Assembly (NCBI GenBank): GCA_041652815.1
Contig: JBAZGN010000005.1
Location: 8,615-72,614, forward strand
Direction of reading: 5' to 3'
Length of the DNA: 64,000 nt
Source: Candidatus Omnitrophota bacterium
GTDB lineage: Bacteria; Omnitrophota; Gorgyraeia; Duberdicusellales; 4484-171
Made by a program: the position numbers and the translations under genes. Of this stretch, positions 47,777-57,283 are shown one piece after another. The notes under the pieces were generated by a model. The model saw only the letters and a program-made list of their open reading frames with translations. It did not search any database and had not been told where the DNA came from. Positions within the stretch are counted from its first letter, which is position 1. Every line of letters begins with the position of its first letter.

Positions 47777-50128
47777 ATGCCAAAGAAGAAAAAGGAGAAA
47801 TCTAAAAAATTGGCGCAGCCCAAGGAATTGCAATACAGGGCACTTATTGAGAACCTTCCTCAAAAGATTTTCCTCAAAGATATAAATTCAATATATACAT
47901 CCTGTAATGAAAATTATGCCAGGGATTTAAGAATCAAAGCAGACGAAATTGTCGGTAAGACAGACTATGACTTTTTCCCGGAATATTTAGCAGAAAAATA
48001 CAGGGCTGCCGATAAGAGAGTTATGGAATCAGGGGAAACAGAGACGATGGAGGAGGAGTACATAGTAATCACTGATTTTACTAGCAAATTCGAAGAGAAG
48101 TTTATCAATACAGTGAAAGTTCCTGTTCGTGATGAAAGCGGAAAAGTCATAGGGGTATTAGGCATATTTTGGGATATCACTGAGCGTAAGAAAGCAGAAG
48201 ATGAAATACGCAATCTGAATAAGCAAGTAGAGTTCATACTTGGAGCTACAAAGACCGGCCTTGATATTATAGATTCCAATTTCAATTTGATGTATATCAA
48301 CCCGGAATGGCAAAAAGTTTATGGAGACCCGGAAAATAAAAAATGTTACCGGTATTTTATGGGCAGGAATAAAGAGTGCCCTGATTGCGGTGTCAGAAAA
48401 GCTTTCGAGACGAAAAAAGCTGTGATTACCGAAGAGATTTTGGTAAAAGAGGGAAACCGTGTTGTGCAGGTAACCAGCATTCCATTTCAGGATAGAAAAG
48501 GCGATTGGCTTGTAGCTGAAGTTAATGTCGATATTACCCAGCGCAAGCAGATGGAAGAAGAGCTGCTTTTAAGCGAAAAAAAGATTCGTGCTCTCTTCGA
48601 CCAGACTTTTCAGTTTATCGGCATGATGACGCCGGATGGGAGGCTAATTGAGGCGAATAAGACGGCTATGCAGTTTGCTGGAATCGCTGAAGTTGATTGC
48701 ATAGGCAAGTTTTTCTGGGACACGCCCTGGTGGGCTCATTCAAAAGAGATGCAAGGCAGGCTGCGTGAAGCTACGATAAAAGCGGCTGGTGGCCAATCGG
48801 AATTTTTTGAAGCAACCCACCTTGCTGCCGATAAAAGCATTCACTTTATAGATTTTTCGCTTAAACCAGTTAAAAATCGAGATGGAAAAGTTATATTTAT
48901 TATTCCTGAAGGGCGTGATATCACCGAGCACAAGCGGATTGAAGATGAATTGAAGAGATATCGTGAGCATTTGGAGGAGCTTGTTAAAGAAAAAACAGAG
49001 GCAATAGAGGAAAGTGAGAAAAAATTCAAGGCCATATTTGAAAATTCTAGAGACGGTATCCTCCTGGCGGATGCAAAGACTAAAAAATTTAGCTTGTGTA
49101 ACAAAATGATGACTAATATGTTAGGATATACCGAGGAAGAGATAAAAAATCTTAGCGTAAAAGATATTCATCCAGAGAAAGATCTGGCACGAATTGTGGA
49201 AATATTTGAAAAGCAGGTGCGGGGGGAGTTGATGACTGCAGATGGTTTGCCTGTAAAGAGGAAAGATGGCAGTATCTTTTATGCGGATATTACTACGTCA
49301 TTAATAACTTTATTCGGTGACAAAATACTCGTGGGTAGTTTCCATAATGTTACTGTGCGCAAGGAAGTTGAAGACATACTGAAACGTGACAAAGAAACAT
49401 TCGAAAGGCTTGTTCAAGAAAGAACAAAAGAACTGCTTGAGATACAGATGGAACTAGAGAGAACAAAGCGCCTTTCTGATATTGGAGTATTGGCGGCTAC
49501 TGTTGCGCATGAGCTTCGAAATCCCTTGGCTGTGATAGATATGGCTGTTTATAATATCAAGCGAGAAATAAAAACACCGGATATTGATAAATACATTGCA
49601 GATATCGAAAAAAAAATAAGGGAAAGCAATCAGATTATCAGCAACCTCCTTTTTTACTCGCGTTTAAAGCCGCCTCACTATGAAAATGTTAACATGTTTA
49701 ATATTATCGAGGAATCAATAGTCACCGTCAGAAACTACCTTAATAAGGGCGTATCGATAATTAAGAACATTAATTCGTTTGAGGGTATTTTTATAGAGGT
49801 TGACCCTATTCAAATTAAAGAAGTTTTTCATAATATATTAAATAATGCCTGCGACGAGGTTATGCCGGCGAAGGGACAAATAGAGATTATGGGTATATGT
49901 GAAGATGGATTTATCAGGGTTGTCTTTAAAGATAACGGACAGGGAATGGATAAGGAGACTTTAACAAAAATATTTGATCCATTTTTCACAACAAAAGCGA
50001 AAGGAATAGGCCTCGGGCTTACAGTCTGCCAGCAGATAGTTAATCTGCATCATGGTTCAATTTGTATTGAGAGCGAAGTTGGGAAAGGAACCACGGTTAT
50101 GATTTGCCTGCCAAAAAAGAAAAAATAA
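47777..50128 (+). CDS. Multi-PAS sensor histidine kinase (cytoplasmic)
   Basis: 783 aa. Several PAS/PAC repeats (FWDITERKKAEDE, GRDITEHKRIEDE), HisKA H-box AHELRNPLAVI, HATPase N/G boxes NNACDEV, DNGQGM, GIGLGLTVC. Confidence 0.85.
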   Translation: MPKKKKEKSKKLAQPKELQYRALIENLPQKIFLKDINSIYTSCNENYARDLRIKADEIVGKTDYDFFPEYLAEKYRAADKRVMESGETETMEEEYIVITDFTSKFEEKFINTVKVPVRDESGKVIGVLGIFWDITERKKAEDEIRNLNKQVEFILGATKTGLDIIDSNFNLMYINPEWQKVYGDPENKKCYRYFMGRNKECPDCGVRKAFETKKAVITEEILVKEGNRVVQVTSIPFQDRKGDWLVAEVNVDITQRKQMEEELLLSEKKIRALFDQTFQFIGMMTPDGRLIEANKTAMQFAGIAEVDCIGKFFWDTPWWAHSKEMQGRLREATIKAAGGQSEFFEATHLAADKSIHFIDFSLKPVKNRDGKVIFIIPEGRDITEHKRIEDELKRYREHLEELVKEKTEAIEESEKKFKAIFENSRDGILLADAKTKKFSLCNKMMTNMLGYTEEEIKNLSVKDIHPEKDLARIVEIFEKQVRGELMTADGLPVKRKDGSIFYADITTSLITLFGDKILVGSFHNVTVRKEVEDILKRDKETFERLVQERTKELLEIQMELERTKRLSDIGVLAATVAHELRNPLAVIDMAVYNIKREIKTPDIDKYIADIEKKIRESNQIISNLLFYSRLKPPHYENVNMFNIIEESIVTVRNYLNKGVSIIKNINSFEGIFIEVDPIQIKEVFHNILNNACDEVMPAKGQIEIMGICEDGFIRVVFKDNGQGMDKETLTKIFDPFFTTKAKGIGLGLTVCQQIVNLHHGSICIESEVGKGTTVMICLPKKKK

Positions 50129-50280
50129 ATATTTAATAATACGGTAATATCCGGCAGCATCATTTAGGTGCTTATATTTGGGGGAAGGTATAGTATCCTG
50201 ATTGGAAAAATCAATCAGGATTTTTGTTTTTAGATAGGTAAAGAGATTAATTGACACAATAAAAAAATATGCTAAGCTGT

Positions 50281-50298
50281 TATGAACATATGTTCATA
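50281..50298. promoter_or_regulatory. Perfect 18-bp palindrome TATGAACATATGTTCATA (candidate operator)
   Basis: Self-complementary. Lies about 190 nt upstream of the first gene of the arsenic cluster. Confidence 0.4.
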
Positions 50299-50332
50299 AC
50301 AAACGTTACCTATATCTTATCTTTTGAAATAT

Positions 50333-50461
50333 GTATCACATAACACGTATCCTCGCCACCATATAAAAATATTTAGGCGAGTCCACTTGGAGTGGAGGTA
50401 GCACGTCACGTAATCATTAGAGGATGAAAAAACATAATACCTGTTGCCTGCGACGTGATAC
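50333..50461. repeat. MITE/REP-like element with inverted termini GTATCAC(A/G)TAACACG ... CGACGTGATAC
   Basis: The core 50345-50410 is about 80% identical to the reverse complement of 23589-23652. Contains hairpins CTCGCC-loop-GGCGAG and CCACT-TGG-AGTGG. Confidence 0.55.
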
Positions 50462-50489
50462 TTAACCAATATGAGGTATATTAAAATTT

Positions 50490-50795
50490 ATGAGGCCTAA
50501 AAAAACAAGATGGGTTAAGTGCGAGCCTGGGGAGAGGTGTTTTAAGCCGGTATGTAAACCTTTAAACAGGCTTACGTGTGTGTGTTTAACTTTGGATGAG
50601 TTTGAAGCCATAAGATTAGCTGACCTTGAGGAGTTAAAGCAGATTGATGCGGCTAAAAAACTAAAAATATCGCGGCCGACATTCTCGAGGATTATATCGT
50701 CTGCACACAGCAAGATTGCTGATGGATTGGTTAATATCAAAGCCATTAGAATTGGCGGTGGTTGCTGCAAGATTGGCGGAAGGAGTAAGAAATGA
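50490..50795 (+). CDS. DUF134 (UPF0251) family putative DNA-binding protein, Cys-rich
   Basis: 101 aa. Central sigma-region-4-like HTH (LTLDEFEAIRLADLEELKQIDAAKKLKISRPTFSRII). N-terminal Cys cluster C11/C17/C22/C30/C32 and C-terminal GGGCC. First gene of the ars cluster. Confidence 0.6.
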   Translation: MRPKKTRWVKCEPGERCFKPVCKPLNRLTCVCLTLDEFEAIRLADLEELKQIDAAKKLKISRPTFSRIISSAHSKIADGLVNIKAIRIGGGCCKIGGRSKK

Positions 50796-51997
50796 AGGAG
50801 TGGAAAAAGTTTCTTTATATCTTAGCCATATTCTTAGGATGTTTTTATCTGCCGGTAGAGAATTTACGATTTACCCTGCTAGAAAATAATTTTCTAACGG
50901 GGTTTACCAATGCTATCCTTGAAGCTCTTGCTCTTGTTAAATGGTATGCCCGGGAGCATGTTATTTTGTGCCTTGTCCCGGCATTCTTTATCGCAGGAGC
51001 CATTTCGGTATTTGTCAGCCAGGCATCAGTCATAAAATATTTTGGCGCAAAAGCTAATAAATTTCTTTCATATGCTGTTGCTTCGATATCAGGAACTATC
51101 CTTGCCGTGTGTTCCTGTACGGTGCTCCCGTTATTTTCCGGTATATACAAACGCGGCGCAGGCCTGGGCCCCGCGATTGCTTTCCTATATTCCGGTCCTG
51201 CCATAAATATTTTGGCTGTTATTCTAACGGCACGTATTCTTGGCTGGCAATTGGGGTTGGCAAGAGCCATAGGTGCTATTATGTTTAGCGTTGTAATCGG
51301 CTTATTAATGCATCTCATTTTTTTAAAGGAAGAACGAGAACGTCATGCCACCGGTGATTTTAATGTAGGTGAGATAAAAGAAACCCGTTCTTTGGGTAAA
51401 ACAGTTCTATATTTTGCTTCAATGGTTGCGTTTCTTGTTTTTGCTAACTGGGGTAAACCCCTTGAAGGTGACTATGGGATATGGACTTTGGTGTATCAAT
51501 ATAAATGGTGGATAGCTGGTTTTTCATTTATCAGTTTACTGGTTATGATTTTTAAATGGTTCAAAAAGGATGAATTAAAGGAATGGACTTCTGCAACCTG
51601 GGGCTTTGCTTTACAAATCCTGCCGCTTTTATTGGGCGGCGTGCTCATTTCCGGATTTCTATTGGGCCGAGTTGGCCATGAGGGCGTTATTCCTTCCAGT
51701 TTTATAGAGGCACTTGTCGGAGGCAATTCTTTGCGGGCAAATTTCTTTTCTTCGATTGTTGCGGCGTTTATGTATTTCGCTACTCTTACTGAAGTGCCGA
51801 TTTTACAAGGATTAATTGGTTCAGGTATGGGCAAAGGTCCGGCGCTTGCGCTTCTTCTGGCCGGGCCCGCATTGAGTTTGCCTAGTATGCTTGTAATTAG
51901 AAGTGTCATTGGTACAAAAAAAACAGTTATATATGTTTCTTTGGTTGTTATCATGGCTACAGTTACGGGAATGATTTTTGGTTTTATTGCCGGTTAA
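50792..51997 (+). CDS. arsP: ArsP-like permease (DUF318 family)
   Basis: 401 aa polytopic. Conserved CSC motif in a TM segment (AVCSCTVLPLFSG), as in organoarsenical efflux permease ArsP. Confidence 0.65.
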   Translation: MKEWKKFLYILAIFLGCFYLPVENLRFTLLENNFLTGFTNAILEALALVKWYAREHVILCLVPAFFIAGAISVFVSQASVIKYFGAKANKFLSYAVASISGTILAVCSCTVLPLFSGIYKRGAGLGPAIAFLYSGPAINILAVILTARILGWQLGLARAIGAIMFSVVIGLLMHLIFLKEERERHATGDFNVGEIKETRSLGKTVLYFASMVAFLVFANWGKPLEGDYGIWTLVYQYKWWIAGFSFISLLVMIFKWFKKDELKEWTSATWGFALQILPLLLGGVLISGFLLGRVGHEGVIPSSFIEALVGGNSLRANFFSSIVAAFMYFATLTEVPILQGLIGSGMGKGPALALLLAGPALSLPSMLVIRSVIGTKKTVIYVSLVVIMATVTGMIFGFIAG

Positions 51998-52021
51998 GTT
52001 AAACGAAAAGGGAGTTATAAG

Positions 52022-52855
52022 ATGAAAAAAGATACAAAAAATATTAAAGACGTGGTTAAAAAAGGTTATGCCAAAATTGCAGTTAATGAAGTTTCGTGTT
52101 GTTCTGGAGGTTCGTGTTGTCCAGGCATAGCGCAAGCTAAAGATATAAGCAAGATTGTCGGTTATACTGATAAAGAAATGAATGTAGTTCCTGATGGTGC
52201 TAATTTAGGCCTTGGCTGTGGAAATCCTGTGGCTATCGTATCTTTGAAAGAAGGTGAGGTTGTGCTTGATCTGGGCAGCGGTGCTGGATTTGATGCTTTT
52301 CTTGCTTCCCCTAAAGTAGGCAAGACTGGACGTATTATTGGCGTTGATATGACTTCTGAAATGATTAAAAAAGCGCGTACGAATGCTAAAAAAGGAAACT
52401 ATACAAACGTTGAATTCAGGCTTGGCGAGATTGAAAAGCTTCCGGTTGAAAATAATTCAATTGATGTAATTATTTCAAACTGCGTGATCAATCTTTCTCC
52501 GGATAAAGAAAGTGTTTTTAGCGAAGCTTTTAGGGTTTTAAGGCCGGGCGGAAGGCTTATGGTTTCAGATCTTGTTTTGGTAAAGGAGCTGCCGGCAATT
52601 ATTAAAGATTCTGTTGAGGCTTATGTGGGCTGTCTTGCCGGAGCGATTATGAAGGATGAATACTTGGAATATATCAAGGAAGCCGGGTTTAAAAACGTAG
52701 ATGTTGTAAGCGAGACTAATTATCCTATTGAGGCGATGGCGAATGATATCACCGCACAGATTGTCAAAAGTAATCCCGGCATAAAACAGAAAGACCTGCA
52801 AGGCGTTGAAAGTTCAGTAGTAAGTATTAAGGTTAGTGCGTTAAAACCTAAATAA
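52022..52855 (+). CDS. arsM: Arsenite S-adenosylmethionine methyltransferase
   Basis: Near-colinear with ArsM as I recall it: LGLGCGNP, VLDLGSGAGFD, IGVDMTSEM, DVIISNCVINLSPDK, AFRVLRPGGR, VGCLAGA. N-terminal Cys pairs CCSGGSCC. Confidence 0.9.
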   Translation: MKKDTKNIKDVVKKGYAKIAVNEVSCCSGGSCCPGIAQAKDISKIVGYTDKEMNVVPDGANLGLGCGNPVAIVSLKEGEVVLDLGSGAGFDAFLASPKVGKTGRIIGVDMTSEMIKKARTNAKKGNYTNVEFRLGEIEKLPVENNSIDVIISNCVINLSPDKESVFSEAFRVLRPGGRLMVSDLVLVKELPAIIKDSVEAYVGCLAGAIMKDEYLEYIKEAGFKNVDVVSETNYPIEAMANDITAQIVKSNPGIKQKDLQGVESSVVSIKVSALKPK

Positions 52856-52868
52856 GAGGAAGGAAATT

Positions 52869-53102
52869 ATGAAAATTGAAATATTGGGAGTGGGCTGCTC
52901 TAAATGTAGGCAATTAACTGCAAACGCGGAAATGGCGCTTAAAGAGCTTAGTATTTGTGGGGACATTTCAAAAGTAACGGATATTGGAAAAATTACCGAA
53001 TACGGCGTGATGATGACACCGGCGCTTGCAATCGATGGCAAAGTGGTTTCTTCAGGCAAGGTATTGACGAAGGATGAGATAAAAAAATTAATAGCCGGAT
53101 AA
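52869..53102 (+). CDS. Small thioredoxin-fold protein (redox-active disulfide protein 2 family)
   Basis: 77 aa. CxxC as GCSKC near the N-terminus. Typical small Trx-like gene of anaerobe ars operons. Confidence 0.6.
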   Translation: MKIEILGVGCSKCRQLTANAEMALKELSICGDISKVTDIGKITEYGVMMTPALAIDGKVVSSGKVLTKDEIKKLIAG

Positions 53103-53112
53103 GGAGAGCTGT

Positions 53113-53529
53113 ATGCGCAAGAAAACATTGTTGGTTCTGTTTATGCTTGGATTCATCACAGTTTATTTTGCCGCCGATAAGCCATCAGATAGCAAAGTAA
53201 CAGCATATTATTTTCACGGAAACTATCGCTGTTCTACCTGTCGTAAACTTGAACAGTATTCCAAGGAAGCGATAGAATCAAATTTCAAAAACGAGCTTGC
53301 TTTGGGGAAATTGGCTTTTATTGCAGTTAATATTGATGAAAAAGGTAATGAACATTTCGTGAAAGATTACCAGCTTTATACAAAGTCCCTTGTATTGTCT
53401 TTGGTCAAAGATGGCAAAGAGATAAAATCAAAAAATCTTACTAAGATATGGGAGTATGTTCGTGATAAACAAAAATTCTTTGATTACATCAACGAAGAGG
53501 TAAATAATTTCTTAAAGGAAGCGCAATGA
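53113..53529 (+). CDS. Secreted thioredoxin-like protein (CxxC = CSTC), probable partner of CcdA
   Basis: 138 aa. Signal peptide plus YYFHGNYRCSTCRKLE. Overlaps ccdA by 4 nt. Confidence 0.5.
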   Translation: MRKKTLLVLFMLGFITVYFAADKPSDSKVTAYYFHGNYRCSTCRKLEQYSKEAIESNFKNELALGKLAFIAVNIDEKGNEHFVKDYQLYTKSLVLSLVKDGKEIKSKNLTKIWEYVRDKQKFFDYINEEVNNFLKEAQ

Positions 53530-54218
53530 CAGATATTTTGATTACTTTTGGCTCGGCATTATGGCTTGGGGTATTAACCTCAATAAGCCCTTGTCCTTTG
53601 GCTACCAACGTAGCAGCCATATCGTTCTTAGCAAAAAAGATAACTCATCCATTTTTTGTTTTACTCTCCGGAATCGCCTATACCGTGGGTAGAATGGCTA
53701 CCTATGCGATACTAGGATTTATACTCATCAATTCAATATTGAGCATCCCGCAGGTGGCGCAGTTTTTGCAAAAATATATGACCAAAGCCCTTGGGCCCAT
53801 TCTGATTGTTACGGGATTAATTTTACTTGATGTAATTAAGATAAACTTTACGGGATTATCGCTTTCCCAAAAGCATCACAGCAAACTTGTTGAAGCAGGT
53901 GTTCTGGGAGCATTTTTATTAGGAGCGATATTCGCTCTCGCGTTTTGTCCGGTATCAGCAGCTCTTTTCTTCGGCAGCCTCATTCCGTTTGCGCTTCAGT
54001 CTAAGTTTGGGGCAATACTACCTTTTATTTATGGAATCGGCACAGGGCTTCCGGTATTAATGTTTACTATCGCCATTGCCGCAGGCATTACTTCGTTAAG
54101 TCACTGGTTTCATAGGCTTGCAAAATTGGAATATTATATGCGAAAAGTTACTGGCGTTATTTTTATTCTTGTCGGTATTTATTACCTGGCATTAAATCTT
54201 TTGAAAGTTGGAGGTTAA
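53526..54218 (+). CDS. ccdA: CcdA/DsbD-family thiol-disulfide transporter membrane protein
   Basis: 230 aa, 6 TM. Conserved Cys in TM1 (SPCPLAT) and TM4 (AFCPVS). Confidence 0.8.
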   Translation: MTDILITFGSALWLGVLTSISPCPLATNVAAISFLAKKITHPFFVLLSGIAYTVGRMATYAILGFILINSILSIPQVAQFLQKYMTKALGPILIVTGLILLDVIKINFTGLSLSQKHHSKLVEAGVLGAFLLGAIFALAFCPVSAALFFGSLIPFALQSKFGAILPFIYGIGTGLPVLMFTIAIAAGITSLSHWFHRLAKLEYYMRKVTGVIFILVGIYYLALNLLKVGG

Positions 54219-54220
54219 TA

Positions 54221-55267
54221 ATGAAGGAAGCCATAACAAAAAAAATGTCTTTTTTTGATCGTTATCTTACTTTATGGATATTCTTGGCAATGGCAATTGG
54301 AGTCGTGTCCGGGTATCTCTATCCGCAGATTGTAAATTTTTGGAATCAATTCCAGGTTGGTACAACCAACATTCCTATCGCTATCGGCTTGATTCTAATG
54401 ATGTATCCGCCGCTGGCAAAAGTGAAATATGAAGAATTAGGCGATGTGTTTCGCGATTTTAGGGTCTTGGGATTATCTTTGGTTCAGAACTGGATTATAG
54501 GTCCGGTTTTGATGTTTTTATTAGCGATAGTTTTTTTACGCGGCTATCCCGAATATATGATTGGTCTGATTATGATTGGCCTGGCGCGATGCATTGCTAT
54601 GGTTATTGTTTGGAATGATTTAGCCCGAGGAGATACTGAATATTGTGCCGGCCTTGTTGCTTTTAATTCTATTTTTCAGGTATTATTCTACTCTGTTTAT
54701 GCTTGGGTGTTTATCACAATCTTGCCCGCCTGGTTCGGCCTAAAGGGGAAGACAGTTAATATTACAATGGTGCAAATAGCCCACAGCGTTTTTGTCTACT
54801 TAGGTATACCTTTTTTAGCTGGAATTATCACGCGCCTCGCCCTTATTAAAATAAAAAATAAAGAGTGGTATGAAAATAAATTTATCCCGGCAATAAGCCC
54901 GATAACCTTGATTGCCTTATTGTTTACTATCGTGGTAATGTTTTCGCTTAAGGGTGAGTATATCGTAAAAATTCCCTTGGATGTAATTCGTATTGCTATA
55001 CCGCTTCTGATTTATTTCATAGTGATGTTTTTGATTTCATTCTATATGGGAAAGAAGTTTAATGCCGGTTACGCTAAAACAGCAACGCTATCTTTTACCG
55101 CCGCAAGCAACAACTTCGAATTGGCGATTGCGGTTGCGGTAGCTGTATTCGGAATAAACTCCGGCGCAGCATTTGCCGCGGTTATTGGGCCTTTAGTTGA
55201 GGTTCCCGTTCTTATTGGTCTTGTAAATGTTTCGCTCTATTTTAAGAGGAAGTATTTCGATGGATAG
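54221..55267 (+). CDS. acr3: Arsenite efflux transporter ACR3 family
   Basis: 348 aa. [48 protein letters not shown]. Confidence 0.9.
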   Translation: MKEAITKKMSFFDRYLTLWIFLAMAIGVVSGYLYPQIVNFWNQFQVGTTNIPIAIGLILMMYPPLAKVKYEELGDVFRDFRVLGLSLVQNWIIGPVLMFLLAIVFLRGYPEYMIGLIMIGLARCIAMVIVWNDLARGDTEYCAGLVAFNSIFQVLFYSVYAWVFITILPAWFGLKGKTVNITMVQIAHSVFVYLGIPFLAGIITRLALIKIKNKEWYENKFIPAISPITLIALLFTIVVMFSLKGEYIVKIPLDVIRIAIPLLIYFIVMFLISFYMGKKFNAGYAKTATLSFTAASNNFELAIAVAVAVFGINSGAAFAAVIGPLVEVPVLIGLVNVSLYFKRKYFDG

Positions 55268-55679
55268 GAAGAAAGTTTTATTTATTTGCGTACATAATTC
55301 TGGCCGCAGCCAAATGGCTGAAGCGTTTTTAAAGCAAATGGCAGGGGACAGGTTTGAAGTAGAAAGCGCAGGGCTTGAGCCCGGTGCACTAAATCCTTTA
55401 ATTGTTGAAGTAATGAAAGAAATAGGCATAGATATTTCTCAAAATAAAACTAAAAGCGTTTTTGATTTTTACAGGCAAGGCAAACAATATGACTATGTAA
55501 TCACTGTTTGCGGCCAGTCGCAGGCTGCTAAATGCCCGGTTTTTCCCGGGGCTGTTCAACAGCTACACTGGGGATTTGATGACCCTTCGGCTTTTAAGGG
55601 AAGCTGGCAAGAGAAACTGGAAAAAACAAGACAAGTGAGAGATGAGATTAAGCAAAAGATTAAGGAATGGATAAAGTGA
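55260..55679 (+). CDS. arsC: Thioredoxin-coupled arsenate reductase (LMW-PTP type)
   Basis: [14 protein letters not shown]-loop, Cys pair [15 protein letters not shown] moved the start to the ATG at 55260 (MDRKK), overlapping the acr3 stop by 8 nt. Confidence 0.85.
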   Translation: MDRKKVLFICVHNSGRSQMAEAFLKQMAGDRFEVESAGLEPGALNPLIVEVMKEIGIDISQNKTKSVFDFYRQGKQYDYVITVCGQSQAAKCPVFPGAVQQLHWGFDDPSAFKGSWQEKLEKTRQVRDEIKQKIKEWIK

Positions 55680-55727
55680 TTTTACGAATTTTCAAATAAG
55701 CCGATAAGCTGTCCTAAATGTTACTGC

Positions 55728-55755
55728 TTGATAAATATGAACAGTGTGGTATAAT
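55728..55755 (+). promoter_or_regulatory. Sigma-70-like promoter upstream of the DEAD-box helicase (TTGATA-16-TATAAT)
   Basis: Followed in the 5' UTR by a weak CCGTA...TACGG hairpin plus T7 run at 55782-55812. Confidence 0.4.
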
Positions 55756-55841
55756 TAATTAATTGGATTAGAATTCTTAAGCCGTAGAGGGAACTAGCCT
55801 TTACGGTTTTTTTCTTTAGCTAACTTTTGTTTAAAAATAAC

Positions 55842-57092
55842 ATGGATAAAAAACCTAATATAAACAATTTTCCTCAAGGAATTAATCAGCCAGAATCCGG
55901 TTTTTATGGTTTGGGTATTGCGCCTAAAATTTTAGATATACTTCAACGGATGAGATTTAAGGCGCCAACGCCGATACAAATGAAGGCTATACCTTTGGGT
56001 ATTCAAGGCAAAGATATTATCGGCGTAGCGCAAACAGGTACAGGGAAAACCCATTCATTTGCCATACCTATGGTGCAGAGGCTTGCTCAGGAAAAAGGAA
56101 CGGGTTTGGTGCTTGCGCCAACAAGGGAATTGGCTATCCAGATAGATGATGCATTTAGAATGCTCGCGCATGCTTTTGGTATGTATACAGTTTGTCTTAT
56201 CGGAGGTGCTCCAATGCAGCCTCAGATACAGAAACTGCGTAGAAATCCTCGTATTGTAATAGCCACTCCGGGAAGGCTTATTGACCATATATGGCAAGGC
56301 AATGCATCTGTGGATTATGTTTCAATGCTCGTTCTTGATGAAGCAGACCGCATGCTTGATATGGGATTTGCTCCACAAATTGAACAAATTTTACGTTTCC
56401 TGCCGCGTAACAGGCAAACGATGCTTTTTTCCGCAACTATTCCCAAAGAAATTATGGATATCACTTCCAAATATATGAAGCTTCCTGTTAGCGTAGAAAT
56501 TGCTCCTTCCGGAACTACTGCCGAGCGCGTTACCCAGGAAGTATTTATTGTAAGGCGCGAAGCTAAATTAACTCTTCTTAGCAGGATACTTGCTCAATAT
56601 CGCGGAGCAGTACTTTTATTCTCGCGCACCAAGCATAATGCCGGAAGAATTGTGAAGAGCATAAGGGATATGGGTTATAGAGCGGCTGAAATACACTCCG
56701 ACCGAAGCCTTGGCCAACGGCGCGAAGCGCTTGAAGGCTTTAAATCCGGTAAATATAAAGTGCTTGTTGCAACAGATATCGCGGCAAGAGGAATTGATGT
56801 AACCGGCATTGAGTTGGTTATCAATTTTGATTTACCTGACGATGCGCAAAATTATGTGCATCGTATCGGACGCACAGCGCGTGCCGGCCACCCCGGCCAT
56901 GCAATTTCTTTTGCAACACCTGACCAAGGCCAGGATGTGCATGCCATAGAGAAGCTTATAAGGGCGACACTCCCTATCTCAAAACACCCGCAAATTCCTT
57001 CGGAGCAATTTGTCCAAAGCCCTCCTAATCATCAAGCCCGCCACTTTAGGCGTGGTTTTGACCGTAACCGCCACAGGCCGCGCAAATTTTAG
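55842..57092 (+). CDS. DEAD-box ATP-dependent RNA helicase
   Basis: Q-motif region, Walker A AQTGTGKT, PTRELA, DEAD (VLDEAD), SAT, HRIGRTARAG. Basic R/H-rich tail. I prefer the ATG at 55842 to the track TTG at 55827. Confidence 0.9.
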   Translation: MDKKPNINNFPQGINQPESGFYGLGIAPKILDILQRMRFKAPTPIQMKAIPLGIQGKDIIGVAQTGTGKTHSFAIPMVQRLAQEKGTGLVLAPTRELAIQIDDAFRMLAHAFGMYTVCLIGGAPMQPQIQKLRRNPRIVIATPGRLIDHIWQGNASVDYVSMLVLDEADRMLDMGFAPQIEQILRFLPRNRQTMLFSATIPKEIMDITSKYMKLPVSVEIAPSGTTAERVTQEVFIVRREAKLTLLSRILAQYRGAVLLFSRTKHNAGRIVKSIRDMGYRAAEIHSDRSLGQRREALEGFKSGKYKVLVATDIAARGIDVTGIELVINFDLPDDAQNYVHRIGRTARAGHPGHAISFATPDQGQDVHAIEKLIRATLPISKHPQIPSEQFVQSPPNHQARHFRRGFDRNRHRPRKF

Positions 57093-57283
57093 TTAAGCAT
57101 ATATAATCAAATAAATAATCTGTTTATCTGCGAAACTGCCATCTGCTATCTGTAATGTAACCGTTTACAAAAAATTCTTCAAAAAATCTTCAACTATACC
57201 CCAAAAAATGGTATCATTTAAAGAGTACCGGTTAAAACGAGTTTACTATATATAGGTAAGGGCGGCTCTCAGAAATTTAAAAA

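Noticed and set aside
47600-47863. 87-aa minus-strand ORF upstream of the PAS kinase
   Set aside because: Only long minus-strand ORF in intergenic DNA. Low-complexity hydrophobic translation, no RBS, and it overlaps the kinase start and a bidirectional terminator-like hairpin.
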